From contig CAUSWF010000004.1 of the NCBI GenBank assembly GCA_963535465.1, positions 3,643 through 67,642 of the forward strand: a DNA stretch of 64,000 bases. Reading direction: 5' to 3'. Both the position numbers and the translations under genes were made by a program. Below the pieces are notes generated by a model. The model saw nothing but the letters and a program-made list of their open reading frames with translations, did not search any database and was not told the origin of the DNA. Position 1 is the first letter of the stretch. Each line of letters begins with the position of its first letter. Source of the stretch: an uncultured Erysipelotrichaceae bacterium. GTDB taxonomy: Bacteria > Bacillota_I > Bacilli_A > RF39 > UBA660. Shown here piece after piece: positions 51,647 through 61,544 of the stretch.

Positions 51647-52437
51647 ATATATCAAAAAAGACTATAAAATATTTTGCAATAGGTCTTGCACTATTTATAA
51701 TTACAACCATGGCATTAAGTCTACACTATTTTACAAGAGCGCTATTATATATAATGCCTACAAATAATAACAACACTAAAGAATTAATTGAATTAAAAGG
51801 AATAAAAAATATCAATCCAGAATATCTAGACTTAGAATTACCACAAGGCGAAATTATAATAAAAAAAGGTGATAGTTTAAGTATTAAGACAAACTCAAAG
51901 AAAGTTAAAATAGAAAGTACAGATAAGAAAGTAAAAGTAAACACTAAAAATAATTTCAATAAAAACAATAAAATAATTATATCAACACCTCAAACATTAA
52001 AAGAATTAAAATTATCAACAGGAGCTGGAGCAATAAATATATCAGATATATTATTAGAAAAATTAGAATATGAAGCAGGAGTAGGGACAACTACAATAGC
52101 TAATGTTTTAGTCAAAAACGAAGCCAAAATAGAAGGTGGAGCAGGAAAAATAGAAATTACGAATTCAAAATTTAATAATTTAAAAGCAGATTTAGGAGTA
52201 GGATTATTTATTTTTAAAGGAGAAATCAAAGGTAAATCACAAATAGAATCTGGAGTAGGAGAAGCAAAAATTAATTTAACAAGCCCAATTGATGATTACA
52301 AAATAACATTAACCAAAGGAATAGGAAAGATATATGTAAATGGTATTTCTCAAAAAAACAATTTGACAATAGGTGATGGAATAAATAATTTAAAAATAGA
52401 AGGTGGAGTAGGAAATATAAAAATAACAACAAAATAA
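51643..52437 (+). CDS. DUF4097-like beta-helical protein, N-terminally anchored
   Basis: TM anchor then repeated GxGxI/K(I)E beta-helix repeats (GAGAINIS, GVGTTTIA, GAGKIEIT, GVGEAKIN, GVGNIKIT); ATGA-coupled to previous gene. Confidence 0.5.
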   Translation: MNISKKTIKYFAIGLALFIITTMALSLHYFTRALLYIMPTNNNNTKELIELKGIKNINPEYLDLELPQGEIIIKKGDSLSIKTNSKKVKIESTDKKVKVNTKNNFNKNNKIIISTPQTLKELKLSTGAGAINISDILLEKLEYEAGVGTTTIANVLVKNEAKIEGGAGKIEITNSKFNNLKADLGVGLFIFKGEIKGKSQIESGVGEAKINLTSPIDDYKITLTKGIGKIYVNGISQKNNLTIGDGINNLKIEGGVGNIKITTK

Positions 52438-52462
52438 ACGGATTTTATCCGTTTTTTATTGT
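52436..52462 (+). terminator. intrinsic terminator
   Basis: AAACGGATTTTATCCGTTTTTTATT. Confidence 0.6.
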
Positions 52463-52532
52463 TATTATAACTTGTAAAAATGACAATAAATAGATATAAT
52501 TAACTATAGAATAAAGAGTATAGGTTAGAAGT

Positions 52533-55500
52533 ATGATAGTAAGATTAATTAAGAAAAAACAAATCTTTAATTTTGATTTACCAAATAAAATATCAGGAAA
52601 TTACTGGATTACTGATATAGATTATTTAGGCAATAAAAGAAATTTAATAAATGTCACTGAACTAAATGGGCAGTGGATTATTAAAAGTGACTTTGAAACT
52701 AAAATAATGTCAGGAAATAACGAAGTAGAGCAAGCAACATTGAAAGAATATAACTTATATTTTCTTAAGATAAATACAGATAATGAATATGTAATTCTTT
52801 ATTGTTCACCAACTAAAGATAGTGAAACAATAAACTTAAAATATATAACACAAAAAGAAATAGTAATAGGAAATGACAAAGCTTGTGACATATACTACAA
52901 TTATCCATTAATTTCATCAAGACATGCCAAATTAATATATATAAATGATAAATGGGTAATACAAGACTTAAATAGTAAATATGGAACATATGTAAATAAT
53001 ATCTCAATAACAAGAAAAGAACTAGAATATGGAGATATAATTTTTATAATGGGATTAAGATTAATTGCTTTAAAAGGTGGATTAGTAATAAATAAAATTG
53101 GTGATTTAATAGGATATAATCCACAAGCTTTCGCAATGGAATATCCATATGTACAAACACAAACTATATTCGATAATAAAGATGAAGAAAATCTAGAATT
53201 CTTTAAAGAGGAAGATTATTTTTATAGAGCACCAAGATTTAAAAAGAAAATTGAACCATGTAATATAGTAGTAGACGCACCACCTGCAAGAGTAGAAGAA
53301 GATAAAACTCCTGCTATATACGTAATAGGACCAATGGTTGGTATGGGGCTAACTTCAGTTCTTATGACAACAATGTTTTTCTTCAATGGCTCTAAAACTT
53401 CTTCACCATTAATGTCTACAATAAGAATTGGGTTACCATTATTAATGCTTATATCTATGATATTATGGCCAACACTTCAAAGAAGATATACAAAAAAACA
53501 AATAAGAAAAAAAGAAGAAATAAGACAATCCAAATATTTAGAATACCTAAGTAATAAGAAAAAAGAAATAGTATCTGAAATGGAAAAACAAAGAACTATT
53601 GAAACGGATAACTTTAAATCACTTGATGAAGTAAAAAAAGTAATATTAGAAAAAAGAAGAAATTTATGGGAAAGAGAAATTGAACAAGAAGATTTTCTTT
53701 CTGTAAGAATTGGAATAGGTTCTACTGAATTAATTGGAAATCTATCATTTCCACAAGAACATTTCAGTGTAGAAAAAGATAATTTGCTAGAAGAAGTATA
53801 CAAGCTAAGTAAAGAATCTCATATGCTAGAAAATGTTCCAGTAACAGTATCACTATTAAAAAATAATATTAGTGCTATTATTGGAACTGCTAAAATAAAG
53901 AAAAATTTTATAGATGGAATAATATTACAGTTATTAGCATATCATTCTTATGAAGATTTAAAGATAATTATAATGACTAAGGATGAAACTAAAGGAAACT
54001 GGGAATATTTAAAATCAGCACCTCATACATGGCAGGATGATAAAAGTATAAGATATTTTTCAACTAATATAGATGAAGCAAAACAACTATCACTAATACT
54101 TGAAAAAGAATTACAAGAAAGAAAACTGCTTGGAGAAAAACTAAAATCAATGACATATGCAAATTTCAAACCATACTATTTAATAATAACAGATGATTAT
54201 AAAATGGTAAGAGATATAGATATAATCAAAGATATATGTAGTGAAGAGAAAAACTATGGTTTCAGTTTACTAGCAATCTCACAACGTCTAATAAATTTAC
54301 CAAATGAGTGTAAAACATTTATTAGTGTCGGAGATGACGCATCTACACTATTTGAAAATGAATTAGTATCAAATAAACAAAAAGAATTTGTAGCAGATTT
54401 TGACATAACTCTTAATATGAATGAAATAGTCAAAAAAATTGCTAATATTCCAATAGATATAACAAAAGAAAATAGAACTCTACCTCAAAGTTTATCATTC
54501 TTAGAAATGTATGATGTAGGTATGGTAGAACAATTAAATATTTTAAACAGATGGAAAACAAATGATCCAACTAAGTCATTAACCGTACCTGTAGGGGTAG
54601 ATCCATCACAAGAATTATTTAAATTAGATTTACATGAAAAATATCATGGACCTCATGGACTTATCGCAGGTATGACTGGTTCAGGTAAATCGGAGTTTAT
54701 TATTACATATATTTTATCTATGGCAGTTAACTATCATCCAGATGAAGTTCAGTTTGTACTAATAGACTATAAAGGTGGAGGCTTAGCTGGAGCCTTTGAA
54801 AATAAAGAAACAGGAATCAAATTACCGCACATAGCAGGTACAATAACAAACTTAGATACAGTAGAAATGAATAGATCACTAGCATCTATCCAATCAGAAC
54901 TACGTAAACGTCAAAGATTATTTAATGAAGCAAGAGATGCACTAAATGAATCAACAATAGATATATATAAATATCAATCATTATATAGAAAAGGGTTAGT
55001 AAGAAAGCCAATATCACATTTATTTATAATATCTGATGAATTTGCAGAATTAAAAGCTCAAAGACCTGAGTTTATGGAAGAACTAATATCAACAGCTCGT
55101 ATAGGAAGATCCCTAGGAGTTCACCTTGTTCTAGCAACTCAAAAACCAAATGGAGTAGTAAATGATCAAATATGGTCAAACTCTAAATTTAGAGTTTGTC
55201 TAAAAGTACAAGATAAATCAGACTCAATAGATATGATAAAAGTAGCAGATGCTGCAGAATTAAAAAATCCAGGTAGATTCTACCTACAAGTTGGATATAA
55301 TGAATTATTCGCAATAGGCCAAGCTGCATGGGGAGGAGCAGGATATTTCCCAACTGAAAAGAGAAAGAAAAAAATAAATCAAGATATCACTATAATAGAC
55401 AATCTAGGCAATATAGTAAAATCATTAACAGATGAAATAAAAGAACAAGCATCATCATCAGGAGAAGAAATAACTAATGTAATTAAATATATAGTAGATA

Positions 55501-57092
55501 AAGCAAATAATGAAAAAATAAGTATAGAGCAACTATGGTTACCTAAAATACCTAATGTAATTTATATAGATGACTTAAAAGAAAAATATTCCTATCATCA
55601 ATCAAAATATAATATTGAGCCAATAATAGGAGAATATGATGATCCAGACAATCAACTACAAAATATTCTTACTCTACCATTATCAAAAGAAGGCAATACT
55701 ATAATATTTGGTAGTGCAGGTAGTGGAAAAGAATTAATGCTTTCAAGTTTAATTTACAGCATAATTACAAATCATACACCAAAAGAAGTTAATTTATACT
55801 TAATAGATTTTGGAGCAGAAACATTAACTATGTTTAAAAATGCTCCACATATTGGAGAAGTATTATTATCAAGCGATGGTGAAAAAATAAATAATTTATT
55901 TAAAATGCTAAATCAAATGATGGAAGAAAGAAAAAAAATATTCGTAGACTACAATGGATCATATGAATTTTATATAAATCATGGTGGAAAAGAAATACCA
56001 TTTATAACTGTAATAATAAATAATTGGGAAGCATTCCAAGAAACATATCCAGATTATGAAGATTTAATATCTAGAATATCAAGAGACTGTCTAAAATATG
56101 GAATAGTATTTATATTAACTACATCATCAACTAATGGAGTAAGATATAGATTAAAACAAAATTTCAAACAAAATATTGCTCTTCAATTCAATGACCCAGG
56201 AGATTATGCTAGTATATTACCTGGAGTAAGAAGAAAAGAACCTTCTAAAATATTTGGAAGAGGTTTAATACAAAAAGAATCAATATTTGAATTCCAAACA
56301 GCATACCCATATAAAGAAGAAAAGTCTTCTGAATATATTAAAGTTGTTTGCAAAAAACTTAGAGAAAAATGTAAAACTAGAGCCCTAAGAATTCCAGTAT
56401 TACCTGAAGTAGTAACAAAAGAATATTATGATGATATTAAAGTAACAATGAAAAATATTCCAGTAGGAATAGAAAAAGAAACGTTAAACATATCAACAAT
56501 AGATATATCATCAAATACTATTAATCAAATAATAGGAGAAGATATCTCAAGTAATAATAAATTTATTGATGGATTAATAAATGTTATAAGTAAGATAGAA
56601 AATACAAAGCAAATTGTATTAGATACATTAAATTTAATTAATATAGAAAATAACCAAAATATTTTAATAGAAAAAACAAACTATGAAAATAGAGTATTAT
56701 CTATAAACAATTTAATAGAAAACATTAAAAATAATAATGATAATATTAACTATATAATAGAAGTAGTAGGAATAATAGATTTATTAAATAAACTTACTCC
56801 TACAACTCGTGAAAAGTTTAAAAATATAATAGAAGCTTCTAAAGAAATAAAAAATATTAGATTTATATTCATAGATACAATTGATAATATCAAAACTCTT
56901 CAATATGAATCATGGTATAAACAAAATGTAGATTTAGGAGAAGGATTATGGTTAGGAAATGGTATAGCAAATCAATTTACAATCAAAGTAACAACTACAT
57001 CTCGCTCAATAAGAGAAGAAATACCTGAAGATTTTGGATATAGAATAAGTAAAGGCAAACCAACATTAATTAAATTTATATCAAATGAATAG
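52533..57092 (+). CDS. essC: type VII secretion system FtsK/SpoIIIE-family ATPase EssC/YukB
   Basis: 1519 aa; N-terminal FHA-like domains, two TM segments, three P-loop ATPase modules (GMTGSGKSE..., GSAGSGKE..., degenerate third). Confidence 0.9.
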   Translation: MIVRLIKKKQIFNFDLPNKISGNYWITDIDYLGNKRNLINVTELNGQWIIKSDFETKIMSGNNEVEQATLKEYNLYFLKINTDNEYVILYCSPTKDSETINLKYITQKEIVIGNDKACDIYYNYPLISSRHAKLIYINDKWVIQDLNSKYGTYVNNISITRKELEYGDIIFIMGLRLIALKGGLVINKIGDLIGYNPQAFAMEYPYVQTQTIFDNKDEENLEFFKEEDYFYRAPRFKKKIEPCNIVVDAPPARVEEDKTPAIYVIGPMVGMGLTSVLMTTMFFFNGSKTSSPLMSTIRIGLPLLMLISMILWPTLQRRYTKKQIRKKEEIRQSKYLEYLSNKKKEIVSEMEKQRTIETDNFKSLDEVKKVILEKRRNLWEREIEQEDFLSVRIGIGSTELIGNLSFPQEHFSVEKDNLLEEVYKLSKESHMLENVPVTVSLLKNNISAIIGTAKIKKNFIDGIILQLLAYHSYEDLKIIIMTKDETKGNWEYLKSAPHTWQDDKSIRYFSTNIDEAKQLSLILEKELQERKLLGEKLKSMTYANFKPYYLIITDDYKMVRDIDIIKDICSEEKNYGFSLLAISQRLINLPNECKTFISVGDDASTLFENELVSNKQKEFVADFDITLNMNEIVKKIANIPIDITKENRTLPQSLSFLEMYDVGMVEQLNILNRWKTNDPTKSLTVPVGVDPSQELFKLDLHEKYHGPHGLIAGMTGSGKSEFIITYILSMAVNYHPDEVQFVLIDYKGGGLAGAFENKETGIKLPHIAGTITNLDTVEMNRSLASIQSELRKRQRLFNEARDALNESTIDIYKYQSLYRKGLVRKPISHLFIISDEFAELKAQRPEFMEELISTARIGRSLGVHLVLATQKPNGVVNDQIWSNSKFRVCLKVQDKSDSIDMIKVADAAELKNPGRFYLQVGYNELFAIGQAAWGGAGYFPTEKRKKKINQDITIIDNLGNIVKSLTDEIKEQASSSGEEITNVIKYIVDKANNEKISIEQLWLPKIPNVIYIDDLKEKYSYHQSKYNIEPIIGEYDDPDNQLQNILTLPLSKEGNTIIFGSAGSGKELMLSSLIYSIITNHTPKEVNLYLIDFGAETLTMFKNAPHIGEVLLSSDGEKINNLFKMLNQMMEERKKIFVDYNGSYEFYINHGGKEIPFITVIINNWEAFQETYPDYEDLISRISRDCLKYGIVFILTTSSTNGVRYRLKQNFKQNIALQFNDPGDYASILPGVRRKEPSKIFGRGLIQKESIFEFQTAYPYKEEKSSEYIKVVCKKLREKCKTRALRIPVLPEVVTKEYYDDIKVTMKNIPVGIEKETLNISTIDISSNTINQIIGEDISSNNKFIDGLINVISKIENTKQIVLDTLNLINIENNQNILIEKTNYENRVLSINNLIENIKNNNDNINYIIEVVGIIDLLNKLTPTTREKFKNIIEASKEIKNIRFIFIDTIDNIKTLQYESWYKQNVDLGEGLWLGNGIANQFTIKVTTTSRSIREEIPEDFGYRISKGKPTLIKFISNE

Positions 57093-57100
57093 GAGTAAAT

Positions 57101-57358
57101 ATGAATAAGAATAAAATATTAATAGAAATATATATACCATTAATAGAAAAATCATATGACATATATATTCCTATTTCAAAGACTATAGGAACTATAAAAA
57201 AATTACTAGAAAAATCTCTAGTAGAATTAACTGAGGGATCATATCAACCATCTACTAGTACCAATTTATACAACAAAGAAACAGGACTAATATATGATAT
57301 TAATAAAAAAGTATATGAAACAGATTTAGAAAATGGTTCTAAACTAATACTAATATAG
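57101..57358 (+). CDS. esaB: T7SS ubiquitin-like protein EsaB/YukD
   Basis: 85 aa beta-grasp-like; immediately downstream of essC, as in yukD-yukC-yukB / esaB-essB-essC loci. Confidence 0.7.
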   Translation: MNKNKILIEIYIPLIEKSYDIYIPISKTIGTIKKLLEKSLVELTEGSYQPSTSTNLYNKETGLIYDINKKVYETDLENGSKLILI

Positions 57359-57365
57359 GAGGAAT

Positions 57366-57536
57366 ATGTCAGATTATAATAAATTTGTCGCTACAATAAA
57401 TAAAATATTTGAACTAATAGGTAAATTAAAAGTATCTATAAAAGATCAAGATAATCTAAACTATATTTCAAATATAGAAGAGTATAAAGACTTAGTATTA
57501 AAAACATCTACTAAGTTTAGTAAGGATATAAAATGA
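57366..57536 (+). CDS. small helical protein (56 aa), candidate T7SS-associated
   Basis: AGGAGG RBS; ATGA overlap with next ORF; no WXG motif. Confidence 0.35.
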   Translation: MSDYNKFVATINKIFELIGKLKVSIKDQDNLNYISNIEEYKDLVLKTSTKFSKDIK

Positions 57537-57742
57537 TAGGCGACTTAAAATATGAAGAAATTTTATCGACATCTAAAGAATTAGAAGAGTGTAGTAAAGA
57601 ATTAATTAAACTAATAGAAGCAAATGATGCTTTTGAATTAAAAGACTTAGCATCTACGGTAGAAGGCTATTCTAAATATCTAACTACATTAGTAGAATTA
57701 AATAAAGATGCCGATATAGCGACAAAAGATGTAAATGAATAA
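57533..57742 (+). CDS. small acidic helical protein (69 aa), candidate T7SS-associated
   Basis: Coupled to previous ORF; no WXG. Confidence 0.35.
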   Translation: MIGDLKYEEILSTSKELEECSKELIKLIEANDAFELKDLASTVEGYSKYLTTLVELNKDADIATKDVNE

Positions 57743-57766
57743 AATCCACATAAATATGTGGATTTT
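57742..57766. terminator. terminator between convergent genes; variant of CCACA..TGTGG repeat
   Basis: AAAATCCACATAAATATGTGGATTTTT. Confidence 0.55.
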
Positions 57767-58719
57767 TAATATTCAAAAAATTGTATACTCTTATTTAAAT
57801 CTTCATCAATACCAGTTAAGTAACTGTTATTTTCAAATATAACATTTAAATCAACTGGTTCTCCATTAATATATTGATATGCAGCACATACCTTTACTTT
57901 CGCAATTCTTATAGCTTTATTATATAAATCATCAAATGATTCATTACTAGTTCTAGAATATATAGATGGATTTCTCCATAATTTATGATTCAAATTAAGA
58001 AAGTTAAATTTATCATTAAAATTTTGATGATAACTTATACATTCAAGCTTTATAAATCTATTAGTAGTAAAGGTATCTATTAGCTTATAGAAAAACTTCT
58101 TAATACCATATACATCTCTTCTCATAATAATTAAAGCCATCTTCATATAAGAACAAGATTTATAATATATTTTACCCATGTTCTTATATGAAAAAGTTTT
58201 ATCAAATGTATAATCGAGAGTATCTATAGTATTTTTATTAAACATCTTAAGATCAAAACAAACTTTACCTATCGGGAATCTATATGGATTTATAGATTCT
58301 CTTCTTTTAATCATATAATTATCAATAAAATTCTCCATAAAGTGATGCATAGAATTATATTTATAAGTAGAAATATTACTAGGAATAAATATACCGGTCT
58401 TATATATTATAAAAGGATGAATAGTATAATCTAAAACATAATGACAAATAAAACCTGCCAGCATAGATATACTATCAGAATCATCTATATGATTATTCTT
58501 CATATACTCAACTATATTTATAAAAAAATCTTTACTCTTACTAGTATGTTGAATATGTTGAATATCTCTAATTTTTTTATTATATAAGTAAAACATTAAA
58601 GGATCAGTTCCTTGTCCAAACATCCTTAATCGAGACAAAATAATCTTATTTTTGATATTATAAGGCAACTGATCATATAAATCTTTAGTAAAATATGAAT
58701 GAGTAATAGTAGATGGCAT
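57766..58719 (-). CDS. zinc-dependent phospholipase C-like family protein (tentative), cytoplasmic
   Basis: HYVLDYTIHP resembles the HYxxDxxxP(M)H zinc-site of PLC_Zn; strong GGAGG RBS; no signal peptide. Confidence 0.35.
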   Translation of the reverse strand: MPSTITHSYFTKDLYDQLPYNIKNKIILSRLRMFGQGTDPLMFYLYNKKIRDIQHIQHTSKSKDFFINIVEYMKNNHIDDSDSISMLAGFICHYVLDYTIHPFIIYKTGIFIPSNISTYKYNSMHHFMENFIDNYMIKRRESINPYRFPIGKVCFDLKMFNKNTIDTLDYTFDKTFSYKNMGKIYYKSCSYMKMALIIMRRDVYGIKKFFYKLIDTFTTNRFIKLECISYHQNFNDKFNFLNLNHKLWRNPSIYSRTSNESFDDLYNKAIRIAKVKVCAAYQYINGEPVDLNVIFENNSYLTGIDEDLNKSIQFFEY

Positions 58720-58814
58720 AGAACCTCCTCGTTAAAATATTATACAATAAATTCACTAAAATTTCATATTAATATGGACAACTAATATGATATAATTTTA
58801 ATGTAGGTGAGTAT

Positions 58815-59777
58815 ATGATACCAAAGAAATATAAAACATTTAAAAATTTAGATGAACAAATTAGTATATTAGAAGATAAAGGATTAATTATATCCGATAA
58901 AAAATATGCTAAAGATGTATTGCTTAGAGAAAACTATTTCTTTATTAACGGTTATAGGCACCTATTAATGCAATCATCAACAGATAAAAAGAAGTTCATA
59001 CCAGGTACTAGATTTGAAGAACTATATAGTATATTCCTATTCGATAGATCATTTAGAAATATAATATTTAAATACTTATTAGTTATTGAAAATAACCTAA
59101 AGTCTATAACATCATATCAATTATCTAAAAAATATGGATTTAAAGAATATGAATATTTAAAGCCAAAAAACTTTTCACAAGACTCATCAAAGCGAAGACA
59201 AATTAATGATTTAATAAGCAAGATGAAAAGACAAATTAGAATAAATGGAGGGCAACATTCAGCAACACAACATTATGTTCAAAATTATGGATATATTCCT
59301 CTATGGATATTAGTAAAAGTATTATCATTTGGAATAATTGGAGAATTATATTTGGTGCTAAAAGATGAAGACAAACAAAATATAGCCAATGCATATGGAA
59401 TAGATTTTAAAGAATTAGAATCATATTTGCCAATACTAGCAAACTATAGAAATTTATGTGCACATGAAGATTTATTGTATAACAATAGAAGCCAAAAGTT
59501 AATAAATGACAATATATATCATCAAAAATTAAATATACCAAAAGATGAAGAAGGAATTTATTTATTTGGTAAAAATGATTTATTTGCACTTGTTATTATT
59601 ATGAAACAATTATTAAATAATGATGACTTTAAAAATATGACTTTAGAGCTAAATCAAGTAATTGCAACACTTGCTTACAATTTAAACACAATAAGAGTAG
59701 AAAAAGTATTAAAAATTATGGGCTTTCCACCGAATTGGAAAGATATAGTAGATATAAGGAGTGAAGTAGATGGATAA
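58815..59777 (+). CDS. Abi_2 family abortive-infection protein (AbiD/AbiF-like)
   Basis: 320 aa; conserved YRNLCAHEDLLYN block (RNxxAH) and overall Abi_2 layout. Confidence 0.65.
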   Translation: MIPKKYKTFKNLDEQISILEDKGLIISDKKYAKDVLLRENYFFINGYRHLLMQSSTDKKKFIPGTRFEELYSIFLFDRSFRNIIFKYLLVIENNLKSITSYQLSKKYGFKEYEYLKPKNFSQDSSKRRQINDLISKMKRQIRINGGQHSATQHYVQNYGYIPLWILVKVLSFGIIGELYLVLKDEDKQNIANAYGIDFKELESYLPILANYRNLCAHEDLLYNNRSQKLINDNIYHQKLNIPKDEEGIYLFGKNDLFALVIIMKQLLNNDDFKNMTLELNQVIATLAYNLNTIRVEKVLKIMGFPPNWKDIVDIRSEVDG

Positions 59778-60921
59778 AGAAGAAAAAATAGAAACAGCTA
59801 AAATAGAAGAAATAGATAAGAAAATAGAAATTTCAAAACCTAAAAAAGACAATTCATTATTAATAGCAATAATAGGATTTATATTAGGGGCAATATTTGT
59901 AATAATTATATTAAAAACAAATATGTTTAAAAATAACGGTAATTTAGTAATAACTAAAAATGAAACGCAAGTTTATGAGAAAAATTCTTTAGCAGCAGCA
60001 GTTGATAAAATATATGATGCAGTAGTATTGGTATCTGCATATAAAGGTGAAACACAATTATCAACAGGATCTGGATTTGTATATAAAGCTGATAAAAATT
60101 ATGGATATATACTTACCAATGAACATGTTATAAGTAATGCTAATAAAGCGTTATTAACTATGAGTAATGGTAAGGAAATAGAAGGAGAAATACTTGGTAA
60201 AGACTCTTATTTAGATTTAGCAGTAATAAGAATAAAAAGAGAAGATATTATAGGAATAGCTAATATTGGTAAAAGTGAAAAAACAAGACTAGGAGATACA
60301 GTATTCACAGTAGGATCACCTATGGGAAAAGCCTATAGAGGTACAGTAACAGCTGGAATATTATCAGGAAAAGATAGAATGGTATCAGTTCCAGTTAAAA
60401 ATTCAAAAAATGAAGACTGGATAATGAAAGTATTACAATTAGATGCATCAATTAATCCTGGTAATTCAGGAGGACCACTTTTAAACATAAATGGAGAAGT
60501 AATAGGAATAGTATCACTAAAATTAGTAGATGAAAAAGTAGAAGGTATGGGATTTGCTATACCAATAGAATATGCTATGAGTCATATAAATTCATTAGAA
60601 AATAAAAAAGAAATCAAATGGCCAGTACTAGGAATATCCATGGCAAACGTTTCTGATAAAAATACTTTGTATAGATTTGGTTTAAAAGTACCAGATAAAT
60701 TAATAAACGGTGTAATAGTAGCAGAAGTAAAAGAAGGATCAGCAGCCTATGGCCAATTAAAAATTGGTGATATTGTTGTTAAAATTAATGACAAAGAAAC
60801 AAAAGATATAGCTCATTTAAGATATGAACTATATCAACATCAAGCAAAAGATGAAATAAAATTGACTGTAATAAGAAACGGAAAAGAACAAACAATTAAA
60901 GTAAAACTAGGAGGGAAATAA
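59770..60921 (+). CDS. membrane-anchored HtrA/DegP-like S1C serine protease with PDZ domain
   Basis: TM anchor; catalytic triad blocks (TNEHVI, DLAVI, GNSGGPL); C-terminal PDZ. Confidence 0.85.
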   Translation: MDKEEKIETAKIEEIDKKIEISKPKKDNSLLIAIIGFILGAIFVIIILKTNMFKNNGNLVITKNETQVYEKNSLAAAVDKIYDAVVLVSAYKGETQLSTGSGFVYKADKNYGYILTNEHVISNANKALLTMSNGKEIEGEILGKDSYLDLAVIRIKREDIIGIANIGKSEKTRLGDTVFTVGSPMGKAYRGTVTAGILSGKDRMVSVPVKNSKNEDWIMKVLQLDASINPGNSGGPLLNINGEVIGIVSLKLVDEKVEGMGFAIPIEYAMSHINSLENKKEIKWPVLGISMANVSDKNTLYRFGLKVPDKLINGVIVAEVKEGSAAYGQLKIGDIVVKINDKETKDIAHLRYELYQHQAKDEIKLTVIRNGKEQTIKVKLGGK

Positions 60922-60947
60922 TCCATCCTAGTTTTATTTATTATTAT

Positions 60948-61499
60948 TTATTGATTAGTTTTTTGCTTAACAACATATAGTAATGCTGGCACAGCAACTA
61001 CAACTAAAACTATTATTAATAAACCAACAGCATCATTCTTTTTACTATTACTATTAATATTTTTAATATTTAGATTTTTTAAAGCATCAACTCTAGTATT
61101 AACATCTTGTTCATAAACTTTATTAATCTTGTTTAACATATCAGTAGTAAAGTCATTAGAAAATCCACTCCAAGATTGATCTCCAATGATTATGTAAGGA
61201 ACACCATTAGCAGTCTCTCCTCTAGCCTCAGCTACATCTTGCATTAACTTAGCATTATCTTTATTATACCAAGTTTCATATCCTATAAGTTCAAATTTAT
61301 CTCCATATTCTGCTTTAATAGATTTGAACCAAGCTTCAGCTTCAGCACAATGACTACAGCCTTCACCTCTAAACATATACACAGGAACTTTCTTAGAACC
61401 TTTTGGTATGCTTGCATCAGCAACAACTTCAGCAGAAGCAGAAAAAGGTAATATTAAAGCGCATAATAATGCAAAAAACAAATATTTTACTTTTTTCAT
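60948..61499 (-). CDS. secreted thioredoxin-fold CxxC protein with C-terminal TM anchor
   Basis: Signal peptide (LPFSASA|E), CSHC active-site motif, C-terminal hydrophobic anchor; ATG 61499 has GGGAGGA RBS. Confidence 0.6.
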   Translation of the reverse strand: MKKVKYLFFALLCALILPFSASAEVVADASIPKGSKKVPVYMFRGEGCSHCAEAEAWFKSIKAEYGDKFELIGYETWYNKDNAKLMQDVAEARGETANGVPYIIIGDQSWSGFSNDFTTDMLNKINKVYEQDVNTRVDALKNLNIKNINSNSKKNDAVGLLIIVLVVVAVPALLYVVKQKTNQ

Positions 61500-61544
61500 A
61501 AATCCTCCCATAATTATTTTATCACAAAAACAAAACTACTGTAA

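Noticed and set aside
57366-57742. The two small ORFs after yukD as canonical WXG100 (EsxA) proteins
   Set aside because: No W-x-G motif and each is much shorter than ~100 aa; kept only as candidate T7SS-associated helical proteins.
61497-61511. Upstream ATG (MGGFM...) for the thioredoxin-like gene
   Set aside because: The second ATG (61499) is preceded by GGGAGGA and yields a canonical signal peptide.
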